From: Lysobacterales bacterium
Lineage (GTDB): Bacteria > Pseudomonadota > Gammaproteobacteria > Xanthomonadales > SZUA-5
Direction of reading: 5' to 3'
DNA: 64,000 nucleotides
Assembly (NCBI GenBank): GCA_022844165.1
Contig: JALHMH010000005.1
Location: forward strand, 114,339 to 178,338
Shown piece by piece: positions 8,871 to 18,850 of the stretch (positions within the stretch are counted from its first letter, which is position 1; the number at the start of each line of letters is the position of its first letter). A model generated the notes under the pieces. It ran no database searches. It saw only the letters and a program-made list of their open reading frames with translations, and was not told the origin of the DNA. Position numbers and translations under genes: made by a program.

Positions 8871-11124
8871 GGTCGGCGCAGATCGTTCCATCAAGAGCGG
8901 TGCACGGGGCACGCGGCACGGGGCAGGTGTCGCGCCCCCTGCCCTTGCGCTGCTGGCGGCACTGATCGCTCCACTCGCCGCTGCGCAAACCGATTGTGTT
9001 GGCCTTGTGCTGGGTGGTGGTGGCGCCCGCGGCGCCGCTCACATTGGCGTGCTTAAGGTACTGGAACGAGAACGCGTTCCGATCTGCCGAATCGCAGGCA
9101 CCAGCATGGGCTCGATTGTTGGCGGGCTGTATGCCTCCGGGTACGCGCCCGAGGAGATCGAACGGGTATTGCTGGCCGTCGATTGGAAAGATGTGCTGAG
9201 CGACGATCCGCCGCGGGCCGATTTTCCGATGCGGCGCAAGAACGACACCCTGCGCTATTTGCTGAACTTTCGCCTGGGATTTCGCGACGGCAAGATTCAA
9301 TTGCCACGCGGCGTCATCCAGGGCCAGAAATTGCTGTTGCTGCTCAGGCGGCTCACGTTGCACACGTGGAATACCGATCACTTCGATGGATTGTCCATCC
9401 CATTCCGCGCAGTCGCCACCGATATCGCGCGTGGCGAAGCCGTCGTGTTCGATAAAGGCGATCTCGCTCTGGCGATTCGCGCCAGCATGAGCGTACCGGC
9501 CGCTTTTGCGCCGTTGCGGGTCGATGGAAAGCTGCTCGTCGACGGTGGCATCGTCAATAACGTACCGGTCGACATCGTGCGCGAGATGGGCGCCCATCAT
9601 CTCATCGTGGTCGACGTCGGTGCGCCGTTGCTCGAGGATAAAGACCTCAACTCGCCGTTCGCCATCACCATGCAGATGCTCGATGTGCTGATGAAGCAGC
9701 GCACCGCGGATGTGCTGCGCGGCATGGCCCTGACGGACGTCAAGATTCAACCGGATCTTGGCGATATCGGCAGCGCCGATTTCGACCGCGCTGCCGAGAC
9801 CATCGCGCCGGGCGAAGCCGCTGCGTTGGCAGCCGTGTCGCAAATCCGTCGCTTCTCGCTGACGCCAGAAGCGTACGCCCAGTATCGAGCACGGCATCGC
9901 AAGCGCGCTTTCGATGCGCCGATGATTGCCTATCTGGACGTGCTCTCGGAGCGCTCAAAAACCTCCGGATATGTGATGCGTCGATTGGACTCGCTACCGG
10001 GTGAGAGATTGGACCTCGACCGCGTCGAAGCGAGCATCGGTGCCGCCTACGGACTTGGCAACTACGAGCGCATCGCATGGCGCCCGGTCTCACGCGATGG
10101 CGAATTCGGCGTCGAAGTGCTGCCGGTCGACAAAGGCTGGGGCCCGAACTTCATCACCTTTGGGCTGCAGATCAGCGATGATTTCGAGGGTCGCAACGAC
10201 TATCAGCTAGGCGCCGAATACACCATGACCGGCCTCAACCGATTTGGCGGGGAATGGCGCTCGCGGCTTGAGCTTGGGCGCATTACCGGGTTACGCAGCG
10301 AGTTCTTCCAACCGTTTGGCGAACGTGGGCAGTACTTCGCCTTTCCTTACGTCGAATACCGCGCGCTCGATCAGTCCTTGTCGGTCGATGGTGCGGTCGT
10401 TTCCCTCTTCCGCTTCGGCCGCGCCTCAGCTGGCTTCGATCTGGGTTTTGAGCCCTCGGTCAACTGGCGCATTTATGGCGGCCTGTTCCGCGGCCATGGG
10501 CGTGCGCGAACCGAAGTGGGCAGTGGGCAGTTCCGCCAGCAAATTTCGGGAAACATCGGCGGCTATCGACTGGGCCTCATTCGCGACACGATCGACGACG
10601 GCAACTTCCCCGGAGCGGGCTCACGCGGCGAAATTTCGGTGATCGCCGAGAGTTTCGCGCTCGGTTCGGATGGCAACGGCGACATCGTCGATATCCAGTG
10701 GGACAAGGCGCTATCGCATGGTCCTGACCGTTTTCTGTTGGGTGCGCGATTACACGCCAGCTTTGGCGAACCGAACCTGTTCGATGCCTTAGGCACTTTA
10801 GGCGGTTTTACCAATCTCTCCGGATTCGCCGAACGTGAGTTGCTCGGTGAGCACAGCTCGCTGTTTCGCGCAATCTATTACCGGCAACTCGGTGGAGATG
10901 GTCTGTTTTCGGTGCCAGCCTATGTCGGCTTCAGCGCCGAAGCGGGCAACGTGTATGAGGACAGAAATGCCATGATCAGCCTCGACAACCTGATCTGGGC
11001 CGGCAGCATCTTCGTAGGTGTCGAATCGCCGTTTGGCCCGGTGTTCCTCGGATACGGCCGCGCCGACAGCGGCGATAGTTCTTTCTACTTGAACTTCGGC
11101 ACCTTGTTACGGCCCCGGCCCTGA
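8827..11124 (+). CDS. Patatin-like phospholipase with POTRA and beta-barrel domains (PlpD-like, type Vd); start uncertain
   Basis: LVLGGGGARG, GTSMG nucleophile, LVDGG; C-terminal outer-membrane barrel-like region ending FYLNFG. Confidence 0.88.
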   Translation: MSRVFLAWSLRRASEVGADRSIKSGARGTRHGAGVAPPALALLAALIAPLAAAQTDCVGLVLGGGGARGAAHIGVLKVLERERVPICRIAGTSMGSIVGGLYASGYAPEEIERVLLAVDWKDVLSDDPPRADFPMRRKNDTLRYLLNFRLGFRDGKIQLPRGVIQGQKLLLLLRRLTLHTWNTDHFDGLSIPFRAVATDIARGEAVVFDKGDLALAIRASMSVPAAFAPLRVDGKLLVDGGIVNNVPVDIVREMGAHHLIVVDVGAPLLEDKDLNSPFAITMQMLDVLMKQRTADVLRGMALTDVKIQPDLGDIGSADFDRAAETIAPGEAAALAAVSQIRRFSLTPEAYAQYRARHRKRAFDAPMIAYLDVLSERSKTSGYVMRRLDSLPGERLDLDRVEASIGAAYGLGNYERIAWRPVSRDGEFGVEVLPVDKGWGPNFITFGLQISDDFEGRNDYQLGAEYTMTGLNRFGGEWRSRLELGRITGLRSEFFQPFGERGQYFAFPYVEYRALDQSLSVDGAVVSLFRFGRASAGFDLGFEPSVNWRIYGGLFRGHGRARTEVGSGQFRQQISGNIGGYRLGLIRDTIDDGNFPGAGSRGEISVIAESFALGSDGNGDIVDIQWDKALSHGPDRFLLGARLHASFGEPNLFDALGTLGGFTNLSGFAERELLGEHSSLFRAIYYRQLGGDGLFSVPAYVGFSAEAGNVYEDRNAMISLDNLIWAGSIFVGVESPFGPVFLGYGRADSGDSSFYLNFGTLLRPRP

Positions 11125-11262
11125 GTTGGCTTGCCCGTGAGAGCGTGCATAGAATCGTAAGCTGTGGGTAACGGCACCCACGTACCTGACGATACCAACG
11201 GAGCTTGATTCGCCAAGAAAATAGAAGGCACCTGAGTCATTGGGCGCACTATAGTTGCGCCC

Positions 11263-11919
11263 ATGAACATACTGACGGATCTGCTCGACAAAAACCGCCA
11301 ATGGGCCGCTGCCATGCATGCGGCGGATCCAGAATTCTTCGAACGGCTGCGCCATCAACAAACACCCAGGTACCTGTGGATCGGCTGCTCCGATTCGCGC
11401 GTACCCGCCAACCAAATCATTGGCTTGAATCCTGGCGAGATTTTTGTCCATCGAAATGTGGCAAACATTGTGGTGCATGCCGATCTCAACTGCCTGAGCG
11501 CGATCCAGTTTGCCGTAGATCTATTGCGCGTCGAACACATCATCGTCTGCGGGCATTTCGGCTGTTCCGGTGTTCGCGCGGTGCTCGAAGGCCGCAGGGT
11601 CGGAATCGCCGACAACTGGCTGCGGCACGTGGGCGATGTGGCCAACAAACATGCCCACGCCCTGGAAGACGTTCATGAAATCCAGCGCGCCGACTTGCTC
11701 TGCGAACTGAATGTGATCGAGCAGGTCGAAAACGTCTGCCAGACAACCGTCGTACGAGACGCCTGGGACCGCGGCCAGCCCGTCACGGTTCACGGTTGGC
11801 TGTATGGCCTGAACGACGGCCGCATTCGCGACCTGGCACTCGCCATTGCCTCACCGATCGATCTGGCGCAACGCTATAACGAGGCTTTGTTGGCCGCTGC
11901 GTTGGGCTACAGGCCCTGA
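11263..11919 (+). CDS. can: Beta-class carbonic anhydrase
   Basis: WIGCSDSRVP, HRNVAN and CGHFGC zinc ligands. Confidence 0.95.
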   Translation: MNILTDLLDKNRQWAAAMHAADPEFFERLRHQQTPRYLWIGCSDSRVPANQIIGLNPGEIFVHRNVANIVVHADLNCLSAIQFAVDLLRVEHIIVCGHFGCSGVRAVLEGRRVGIADNWLRHVGDVANKHAHALEDVHEIQRADLLCELNVIEQVENVCQTTVVRDAWDRGQPVTVHGWLYGLNDGRIRDLALAIASPIDLAQRYNEALLAAALGYRP

Positions 11920-12149
11920 AACGCCAGATTTTGTCGCTATTTCCGTACCGAATCTGGTGTGGTCACGTCTCGCCTGTCAAAAAAGCCCCACTTGCGAATG
12001 AACCTGGAAACCTCAGATGGAAGGGGTGAACCGCGCCAACTGCTGAAAAGGCAGTAGATTCATGAACCTACGGACCTGGAAAAGCGGTCAACTGAGGCTT
12101 TTTAGGATGATGTCCTCGAATTGCGAAGATGGCGAAGAACCCATCCAAA

Positions 12150-12781
12150 TGAACACTCATCGCCGCCCAAGCGCAATGTGTATTGGCGCCGCTCTGCTCG
12201 CAACACTGCTTTTTGCCGGATGTCGCGACTCAAGCGACAGCGACAGCAACAGCAGTGGCCATGAGGAGCCCGTACCGGAAATTGTGGCGACAGAACCCTC
12301 CACAGTGGGCTTTCTCGCACCTCCCGGTGCTACGGCAAACGACGACGAAGCGTATCCAGAGCTCGATTGGCTGGATTTGATGCCAGACGCAGAGCGCGAA
12401 GCCCTGTTGCGCGGAGAATGGCCGGAAAACGACATCAACCATGATCTGGAGGGCGCCATGGATCAGGTCGGAAGCGACGCTGTCGTGGCGGCACTCGATG
12501 GGCGCGAAGTCACATTGCCTGGTTACGTTGTACCGCTGGAACTGGCCGCTGACGGCAAAATGCGCTCGTTTTTCCTGGTCCCGTACTACGGCGCATGCAT
12601 TCACGTTCCACCGCCACCACCGAACCAGATCATCTACGCAGACCTCACTGAACCCACCACCACGCCAGACCTGTGGGAACCGATGCGCATGAGCGGCACA
12701 CTGCGCACAGTGAAAATCGAAAACGACCTCGCAAACTCGGCCTACCGAATGGACGAGGTGCGTCTTACGCCCTGGGAATAG
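12150..12781 (+). CDS. DUF3299 family lipoprotein; start uncertain
   Basis: Lipobox LFAGC; LPGYVVPLE and FFLVPYYGACIHVPPPPPNQIIY signature. Confidence 0.85.
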
Positions 12782-12900
12782 CGATCCTGGTCCTCCGAGA
12801 CGCAAAGGTCAGACGCCAGCGTTTGGTTGTCACCCTGGGCATTTGAACCCGACAGCGCATTCGGAGCGAACCGATAGGAGGGACGCGCGTGACTGCCGGC

Positions 12901-13386
12901 TCAACGCACGACCGACCACGACACCATCCGGCCATCGCGGTACGGCATCACGCCGTGGAATGGGCGCGGATCGCTGTCAAACACCAGTGGCAGGAACTGA
13001 CGATCGCCTTCCCACATCGGCAGCTCCATCATTCGCTCAAGTTCGATCCATTCGAGCGGCCCTTCCACGTTGCGCGGCGGCGGAATGCCCTCGAATGCGT
13101 CGATCAGGAAGATGAAACCCAGCCAGTCTTCGCCATTCTTGCCAAAGCCCGGCCATGAAATCGTACCGCGCAACTGCAGCGACGTGCACTCGATCTGGGC
13201 TTCTTCGCGGATCTCGCGACGCATACCGGAGAGCACGTCTTCGTCGGCTTCCAGTTTTCCTCCCAGCCCGTTGTATTTGCCCAAGTGCTCGTCGTCCGCG
13301 CGCGCGTTGCGATGCACGAGCAGTACGCGTTTGCGGTCCGGAGACAACACATAACCGAGTGTACCGATGATGGGTTGGTAAGGCAT
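12901..13386 (-). CDS. NUDIX hydrolase (8-oxo-dGTP diphosphatase-like)
   Basis: Nudix box GGKLEADEDVLSGMRREIREEAQI; EGPLEW and MWEGDR motifs. Confidence 0.9.
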   Translation of the reverse strand: MPYQPIIGTLGYVLSPDRKRVLLVHRNARADDEHLGKYNGLGGKLEADEDVLSGMRREIREEAQIECTSLQLRGTISWPGFGKNGEDWLGFIFLIDAFEGIPPPRNVEGPLEWIELERMMELPMWEGDRQFLPLVFDSDPRPFHGVMPYRDGRMVSWSVVR

Positions 13387-13471
13387 GCGCGCTTTCTTCT
13401 TCGTTGGCAAAACGGGATGTTATGTGCAGACCGCATGCTGCGGCGACCTCGATCGCGCAGAGTCATGATGG

Positions 13472-13822
13472 CTAGGCCACTCTCCACTCATCCCTGAGCA
13501 CCGGTAGAACTGGGTGATCGAGATGCATTGCGCGCTCGGCAGCTTCCGCGACAGCGCGCGCGACGCCGTGGATATCTTCCAACTCCGCCACTTCCTTCGC
13601 TGTCTGAAAAAAGACGCAGATCTCATCGTGATCGGCCTCGAGCTTGAGTCGGGATCCGAACCGGACGTAGGACGCCGTGTCCTGAAAGGCGAATACAGAG
13701 CCTTCAACAAGATCCACCGTCCCAAGAAACACCCATGGCTCAACGCCGGGGATCGTCATGTCGCGATCTGCGAATGTCAGCCGATAGTACGTGCGACCGA
13801 CTTCCAGGGAAGAGACTTTCAT
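13472..13822 (-). CDS. Hypothetical protein (~116 aa)
   Basis: Open frame co-oriented with neighbours and globular-like composition; no motif recognised; start could be at 13891. Confidence 0.6.
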   Translation of the reverse strand: MKVSSLEVGRTYYRLTFADRDMTIPGVEPWVFLGTVDLVEGSVFAFQDTASYVRFGSRLKLEADHDEICVFFQTAKEVAELEDIHGVARAVAEAAERAMHLDHPVLPVLRDEWRVA

Positions 13823-13895
13823 CTCGATTACGTTTCCGTGATTCTGATTCGCGACTCCGACGACGGCACTCTCGGAGCGCTCACCCGACATTAGA

Positions 13896-14456
13896 TCAGC
13901 CTCCCAGGAACCGGCGTACTACTAGAGACCAGGTGAGTCCGATTCCGAGCACGTAGCCAGCCAGGAGTACATGGAAACGTCGAGACTGCACGAAGATGCC
14001 GATGACCCCAAGCACCCCGAAGTGCAGTGCGAACGGTAGATAGATGGGTGGATCGAAGAGATCTCCCCGCATGGCGGTGAGCGCAATGTCGGCGACCGAA
14101 GTCGATGCAAACAGGCCAAGGAACCATGCCCTGTTTCGGGCGAAGACCTCGGCATAGTCCTGCGTTTCCAAGTCGGGCGGAAACAGCAGCACCGCGAGCA
14201 GAAAAAACAGAACGGCCCAAATGATGACAACCAAAAAATAGTCGAAGCTCCACTGGGTCACGCTCTGCGACTGGAAGAACACCCACCAGTTCAAGATCAG
14301 TGTCCAGAAAACCGCGCCTGTCCAGAGCAAATGCACAGCGTCCAGTTTCATCTCCTCCCGGCGCTGAATCATTCGCCCAACACCAAGGAGAAGATGAGCA
14401 ATCCCAAGACCCAGGATCAAGGACACCAGAACTGCCAGGTATTCGAATTCAGTCAT
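13896..14456 (-). CDS. Hypothetical integral membrane protein (186 aa)
   Basis: About 6 hydrophobic segments; starts MTEFEYLAVLVSLILGLGI; GAGG SD. Confidence 0.8.
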   Translation of the reverse strand: MTEFEYLAVLVSLILGLGIAHLLLGVGRMIQRREEMKLDAVHLLWTGAVFWTLILNWWVFFQSQSVTQWSFDYFLVVIIWAVLFFLLAVLLFPPDLETQDYAEVFARNRAWFLGLFASTSVADIALTAMRGDLFDPPIYLPFALHFGVLGVIGIFVQSRRFHVLLAGYVLGIGLTWSLVVRRFLGG

Positions 14457-14464
14457 CGACCGCC

Positions 14465-14965
14465 TCAGAGTTGTCCTGACCGCCTCAGTCGCAAATAAAC
14501 GCTATCGCACACCTCATCGCCGACGATCCACGTGCTACTCGCGCGATGCGTCTCAACAAAGCCGAGCTTGTGCAAAACTGCGAGCGAACCCGCATTGCGT
14601 GGATCAACATCCGCGGTGATGGCGGGCATAGAATGCGACGACAGTAAGTGCTCAATGACTGCACTCAGGGCCTCAAAGGCCAAACCTTGCCGCCACTGAT
14701 CGCTACGCAGAATGAAGCCGATTTGAGGCAGTCGCCAGCAGCCGGCTTTGCCAATGACCTCACCTTCGCGTTCGATGATGAAGTCGTCAGTCAACGCCGG
14801 ATCGGCATCGATCATGGCCTGCAGCCATTGGCGAGTTTGCTCGACATCGGTATGCGGCGGCGTTGCCCAATAGCGCATCGCGACGGCATCGCTCAACACG
14901 GCGTGCATCGCAGGCAGGTCTTCCGTTCGCGCACGGCGCAGCAATAGCCGCTGGGTTCGAATCAT
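14465..14965 (-). CDS. GNAT N-acetyltransferase (RimJ/RimL-like)
   Basis: IRTQRLLLR, WRQGLAFEA and DPRNAGSLAVLHKLGF motifs; 4-bp overlap with the upstream gene. Confidence 0.88.
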   Translation of the reverse strand: MIRTQRLLLRRARTEDLPAMHAVLSDAVAMRYWATPPHTDVEQTRQWLQAMIDADPALTDDFIIEREGEVIGKAGCWRLPQIGFILRSDQWRQGLAFEALSAVIEHLLSSHSMPAITADVDPRNAGSLAVLHKLGFVETHRASSTWIVGDEVCDSVYLRLRRSGQL

Positions 14966-16848
14966 GCCGCATCACCGCGCAGCGCTCGAACGTCCGCTTC
15001 CAGATCTTCGGCCTGCGCGTCGGGCCCACGCGCTTTGCCGATGGCCAGGCCGACGCGCGAGTCAAAGCGCCGCGGTATTTTTAAACGCTTCTCAAGCGCA
15101 TCGCGTCGCGAAAACAGGCTGCCCCAAAGTCCTTGCAGCGCCATCGGTATCACGGGCACCGGATCGCGCTGCAGAATTCTCTCCACGCCTGGGCGGAAAC
15201 GTGCGATATCGCCGTCTCGCGTCAGGCCGCCTTCCGGGAAGATGCAGACCAGGTTACCCTCTTGCAGCTCGCGCGAGACTTCGTCGAACGCGCGGATCAT
15301 GATCGCTGGATCCTCTTTTGCGCCGGCGATCGGAATAGCCTTCGCCCAACGGAACACCTGTTTGGCAATCGGCATGTCAAAGATCTTGTAGTACATGACG
15401 AAGCGTACCGGCCGCGGCACCGAACCCAGGATCACCAGCGCGTCGATGTACGAAACGTGGTTGCAGACCAGCAGTGCCGCTCCTTCGTCGGGGATTTCGT
15501 CGATGCCACGGATGCGCACGCGATAGAAGACGTTGATCAGTATCCAGGCGATGAAGCGCAGCAAGAACTCGGGAACGAGGGTGAAAATGTAAATCGCGAC
15601 GATGGCATTGAGCAGGGCGGTGACCAGCAGAACCTGCGGCATCGTCAGACCAAAACCGCTGGACAATGCAAAGCCGACGAGCGACGCCGCGACCATGAAG
15701 ACCGCGTTCAATATGTTGTTGGCGCCAATCACACGCGAGCGGCGCGAGGGCTCGCTGCGCTGTTGAATCAGTGCGAACAGCGGCACGATGAAGAACCCCG
15801 AGAAAACCGCCATCAACAACAGGTCGATGGTCAAGCGCCAACCATAGGCAGTGGCCAGGTAGGCGCTGATGGACAGCTCGACACTGCCGCTCGTCGCAGG
15901 CAACGCAAAGTAAATGTCGAGCCCGAACAGCGTCATGCCGAAAGCACCGAATGGCACCAGACCAATCTCGACCTTGCGCCGCGAAAACACTTCGCACAAC
16001 AGCGCACCAACACCCGTTCCGACGGAAAAAATCGCGAGCAGCAGTGTATAGACGGCTGTTGCGCCACCGATCACATCGCGCACGTACACCGGCAGGATCA
16101 GGAAGTACATCGAGCCGTAAAACCAGAACCAGCTGATACCCAGGCAGCTCAGGAACACCGTTCGATGGCCAGCCAGGAACTTCAGGCTGCGCCACGTCTC
16201 TGTCAACGGATTGAGGTTGATCGTCAGCGCCGGGTCGACAGGCTTTAGGGCGGGCATCCATAGGCTCGCCAGCCATCCGACAATGGCCACTGCGAGTCCG
16301 GTCGCGGAGATCAACAACAATCCACTCGATGGTAGTCCGACCAACCACGTGCCAAGCAAAGTGCCGAGCAGTATCGCGACCATCGTTGCACTTTCGACCA
16401 GGCCGTTGCCACCGGTCAATTCTTCGCCATCGAGCACCTGGGGCAAGATGCCGTACTTCAGCGGGCCGAAGAGAGTCGATTGCAAACCTAGCAAGAACAA
16501 CACAATCAACAGGATCGGCGCACTTTTCAGCAAGAAGCCAGCGCAGGCGAAAACCATCAAAACCACTTCGAGCAGTTTCACCCATCGAGCGAGGCGCGCT
16601 TTGTCGTATTTGTCCGCCAATTGCCCGCCGAGCGCCGAAAACAAGAAAAACGGCAGGATAAACAGAGCGCCTGCCAGCAGCGAAAAGTTCGCATCGCTGA
16701 TGCCGACTTCGATGGCGCCGACAAATACCACCAGCGCGACAAAACCCTGTTTGAAGACGTTATCGTTAAATGCAGTCAACGCCTGCGCCAAGAAAAATGG
16801 CAGGAAGCGGCGTTCGGTCAACAGGCTGAACTGACTGGAGGCGGACAT
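14962..16848 (-). CDS. MFS transporter fused to a PlsC-type acyltransferase (LplT/Aas-like)
   Basis: N-terminal MFS domain (AFNDNVFK, GGQLADKY, FGPLKYGILP); C-terminal CNHVSYID (HxxxxD) and FPEGG motifs. Confidence 0.9.
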   Translation of the reverse strand: MSASSQFSLLTERRFLPFFLAQALTAFNDNVFKQGFVALVVFVGAIEVGISDANFSLLAGALFILPFFLFSALGGQLADKYDKARLARWVKLLEVVLMVFACAGFLLKSAPILLIVLFLLGLQSTLFGPLKYGILPQVLDGEELTGGNGLVESATMVAILLGTLLGTWLVGLPSSGLLLISATGLAVAIVGWLASLWMPALKPVDPALTINLNPLTETWRSLKFLAGHRTVFLSCLGISWFWFYGSMYFLILPVYVRDVIGGATAVYTLLLAIFSVGTGVGALLCEVFSRRKVEIGLVPFGAFGMTLFGLDIYFALPATSGSVELSISAYLATAYGWRLTIDLLLMAVFSGFFIVPLFALIQQRSEPSRRSRVIGANNILNAVFMVAASLVGFALSSGFGLTMPQVLLVTALLNAIVAIYIFTLVPEFLLRFIAWILINVFYRVRIRGIDEIPDEGAALLVCNHVSYIDALVILGSVPRPVRFVMYYKIFDMPIAKQVFRWAKAIPIAGAKEDPAIMIRAFDEVSRELQEGNLVCIFPEGGLTRDGDIARFRPGVERILQRDPVPVIPMALQGLWGSLFSRRDALEKRLKIPRRFDSRVGLAIGKARGPDAQAEDLEADVRALRGDAA

Positions 16849-17064
16849 AGACTTATCGAGACTCCGCGTCAGACCGACGAGCATTGTTGACTTCGCTCGA
16901 CAGTGTACTTGCAAGCCTGCCGAGCGCGGGGCGCTCGGATTCCGGCCCGGCCTCATGAGCCAAAGCTGCTTCGTAGAAAATTCGACTCATTGTTTCCAGA
17001 TCCGTCAAGGACTTTTTGCTCAAGTTCGATGCTCGCAGGCTAACACTGCGAGCAATGCGGTTCG

Positions 17065-17805
17065 CTAATCGCGCAGGCGTTGAAGCAACCCAGGTCCACC
17101 CAATTGTTCGCTTTGTTGCACGATCCAACTGGCGCGCTGGTGTAGATAGGGCGTCGGCCGATCGGCGCGACGTTCGCGCGGGTTCGGCAACGTCGCGACC
17201 ATCAATGCGAGCTGATACGGCGATAGTCGCTCACAGTCTTTACCGAATCGCACCTCACACGCGCGGCAGAAGCCAAAGAGCGCCTCACCGGTCTCGGCGA
17301 CATTGATGTACACCTCGAGAATGCGCTCCTTGCTCCAGATCAATTCGATCAACACAGTGAACCAGGCTTCCAGCGCCTTTCGCAGGTAGCTGCGGCCCGA
17401 CCAGAGAAATACGTTCTTGGCGACTTGCTGGCTGATCGTGCTCGCACCGCGTAGTTTTCCGCCTTCTTCGCGTGCAGCAAGTGCTCGTTCGATCTCGACG
17501 GTGTCGAAACCCGAGTGATCCAGGAAACGCTGATCTTCTGCCGCGACGATCGCCACAGGCAGATAGGGACCCACGCGATCGAGGGCGCACCACTGCTGAT
17601 CGATCGCAAATTGCTTATCGCCCGAGCGCCTCGCCTCGATGATGCGTTCGGCCATCACACCGGTGATCGGCGGATCGACAAAGCGATACAGCAGAACCCA
17701 GAAAACGCTCATGATCATCGGCGTCAGCGTGATCCAGATCAGCCAACGCAGGCGCCGCCGAGGCGCCCGCGTCGCTGCTGGCTTTAAGCGCGAGCGCTGA
17801 GCCAC
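17065..17805 (-). CDS. mtgA: Monofunctional biosynthetic peptidoglycan transglycosylase
   Basis: GT51 motifs AAEDQRFLDHSGFD, RGASTISQQVAKN, RKALEA and KERILEVYIN. Confidence 0.93.
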   Translation of the reverse strand: MAQRSRLKPAATRAPRRRLRWLIWITLTPMIMSVFWVLLYRFVDPPITGVMAERIIEARRSGDKQFAIDQQWCALDRVGPYLPVAIVAAEDQRFLDHSGFDTVEIERALAAREEGGKLRGASTISQQVAKNVFLWSGRSYLRKALEAWFTVLIELIWSKERILEVYINVAETGEALFGFCRACEVRFGKDCERLSPYQLALMVATLPNPRERRADRPTPYLHQRASWIVQQSEQLGGPGLLQRLRD

Positions 17806-18848
17806 TGGTGAATGGTCGGCGCCACCTCGCGCTGTGCGCGCCCGGACACATAGATGCCGATATGGCCACCTTTGAACGCCAACACCGTGTAGTCCTTCGT
17901 GCCGACGATGTTCTTCAGCGGAATCGATGCCGTCGGCGGAACCAGATGGTCCTGCTCGGCGTAAATGTTGAGCACTGGCATCGTGATCTTCTTGGTATCG
18001 ACAGGTTTATCGCCGATCGAAAGGCCACCTTCGATCAACTTGTTTGCCTGATAAAAGTCCTTGATGAACTCACGAAACGCCTGGCCAGCCTGATTGGGCG
18101 AATCGAAAATCCACTTCTCCATCCGTAAGAAGTTCTCGAGTTCGGCTTTGTCGTCGAGGATGTCGACGAGGCCGACGTATTTCTGATGATTGAGACGAAA
18201 CGGTTTGAGCGTCAGGTAACACCAGTTCATCAGATCGCCCGGCACATTGCCCAACGTGTCAACGAACAAGTCGATGTCCATCGCCTGCGTCCAATGCGAC
18301 AGCATGTTGTCCGGCGTGTGGAAATCGACCGGTGTAACCATGGTGATCAGATTCTTCACCTTCTCCGGATAGATCGACGCAAAGCACACCGAAAACGCGC
18401 CACCCTGGCAGATGCCGAGGATGTTGATGGCTTTCAATCCATGGCGCCTGGCCACGACGTCGACGCAGCGCCGGATGTAGCCATTGATGTAATCGTCGAG
18501 AGACAGGCACCGGTCGGCCGCATCGGGATAACCCCAATCGATCAAATACACATCTTCGCCCTGAGCCAGCAAGTTGCGAACCAACGAACGATCCGCTTGA
18601 AGATCGGTCATGAACGGCCGATTGACCAGGGCGTAGACGATCAAGACAGGCGTCTTGTTGCGCGGCGGCTTGTCGCCCTGGAAGCGGTACAGGACCAACT
18701 TGTCCTCGCGGTACACCGCTTCTTTTTCCGTCGCGCCATAGTGCACATCATCGAGCTGCCGCAGCACTTGCGCGCCGTTCGTGAGTTTTTGCGAGTAGCG
18801 TGCGGCTTCGTCGAGCACGGCTTTGGGATCGAATTTGAGCGGGCCCAT
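17784..18848 (-). CDS. phaC: Class III PHA synthase catalytic subunit PhaC
   Basis: YALVNRP, lipase-like box GICQGG, DHLVPP and GGHIG; 354 aa is typical of class III. Confidence 0.95.
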   Translation of the reverse strand: MGPLKFDPKAVLDEAARYSQKLTNGAQVLRQLDDVHYGATEKEAVYREDKLVLYRFQGDKPPRNKTPVLIVYALVNRPFMTDLQADRSLVRNLLAQGEDVYLIDWGYPDAADRCLSLDDYINGYIRRCVDVVARRHGLKAINILGICQGGAFSVCFASIYPEKVKNLITMVTPVDFHTPDNMLSHWTQAMDIDLFVDTLGNVPGDLMNWCYLTLKPFRLNHQKYVGLVDILDDKAELENFLRMEKWIFDSPNQAGQAFREFIKDFYQANKLIEGGLSIGDKPVDTKKITMPVLNIYAEQDHLVPPTASIPLKNIVGTKDYTVLAFKGGHIGIYVSGRAQREVAPTIHQWLSARA

Positions 18849-18850
18849 GC

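Noticed and set aside
11920-12149. sRNA or tRNA between can and DUF3299
   Set aside because: A few short hairpins and an ACCTGGAAA direct repeat, but no cloverleaf or recognisable family
12901-14965. Integron cassette array (short co-oriented GNAT, NUDIX and hypothetical genes)
   Set aside because: No RYYYAAC...GTTRRRY attC-like sites in the spacers and no integrase
15133-16585. Long alternative-frame ORFs (371 aa on +, 402 aa on -)
   Set aside because: Shadows of the GC-rich MFS-acyltransferase gene with no motifs of their own
16849-17064. Small RNA or gene between mtgA and the MFS fusion
   Set aside because: Two hairpins (CCGAGCGC/GCGCTCGG and TGCTCGCAG/CTGCGAGCA) without U-tracts; most simply UTR structures, and the ORFs here lack support
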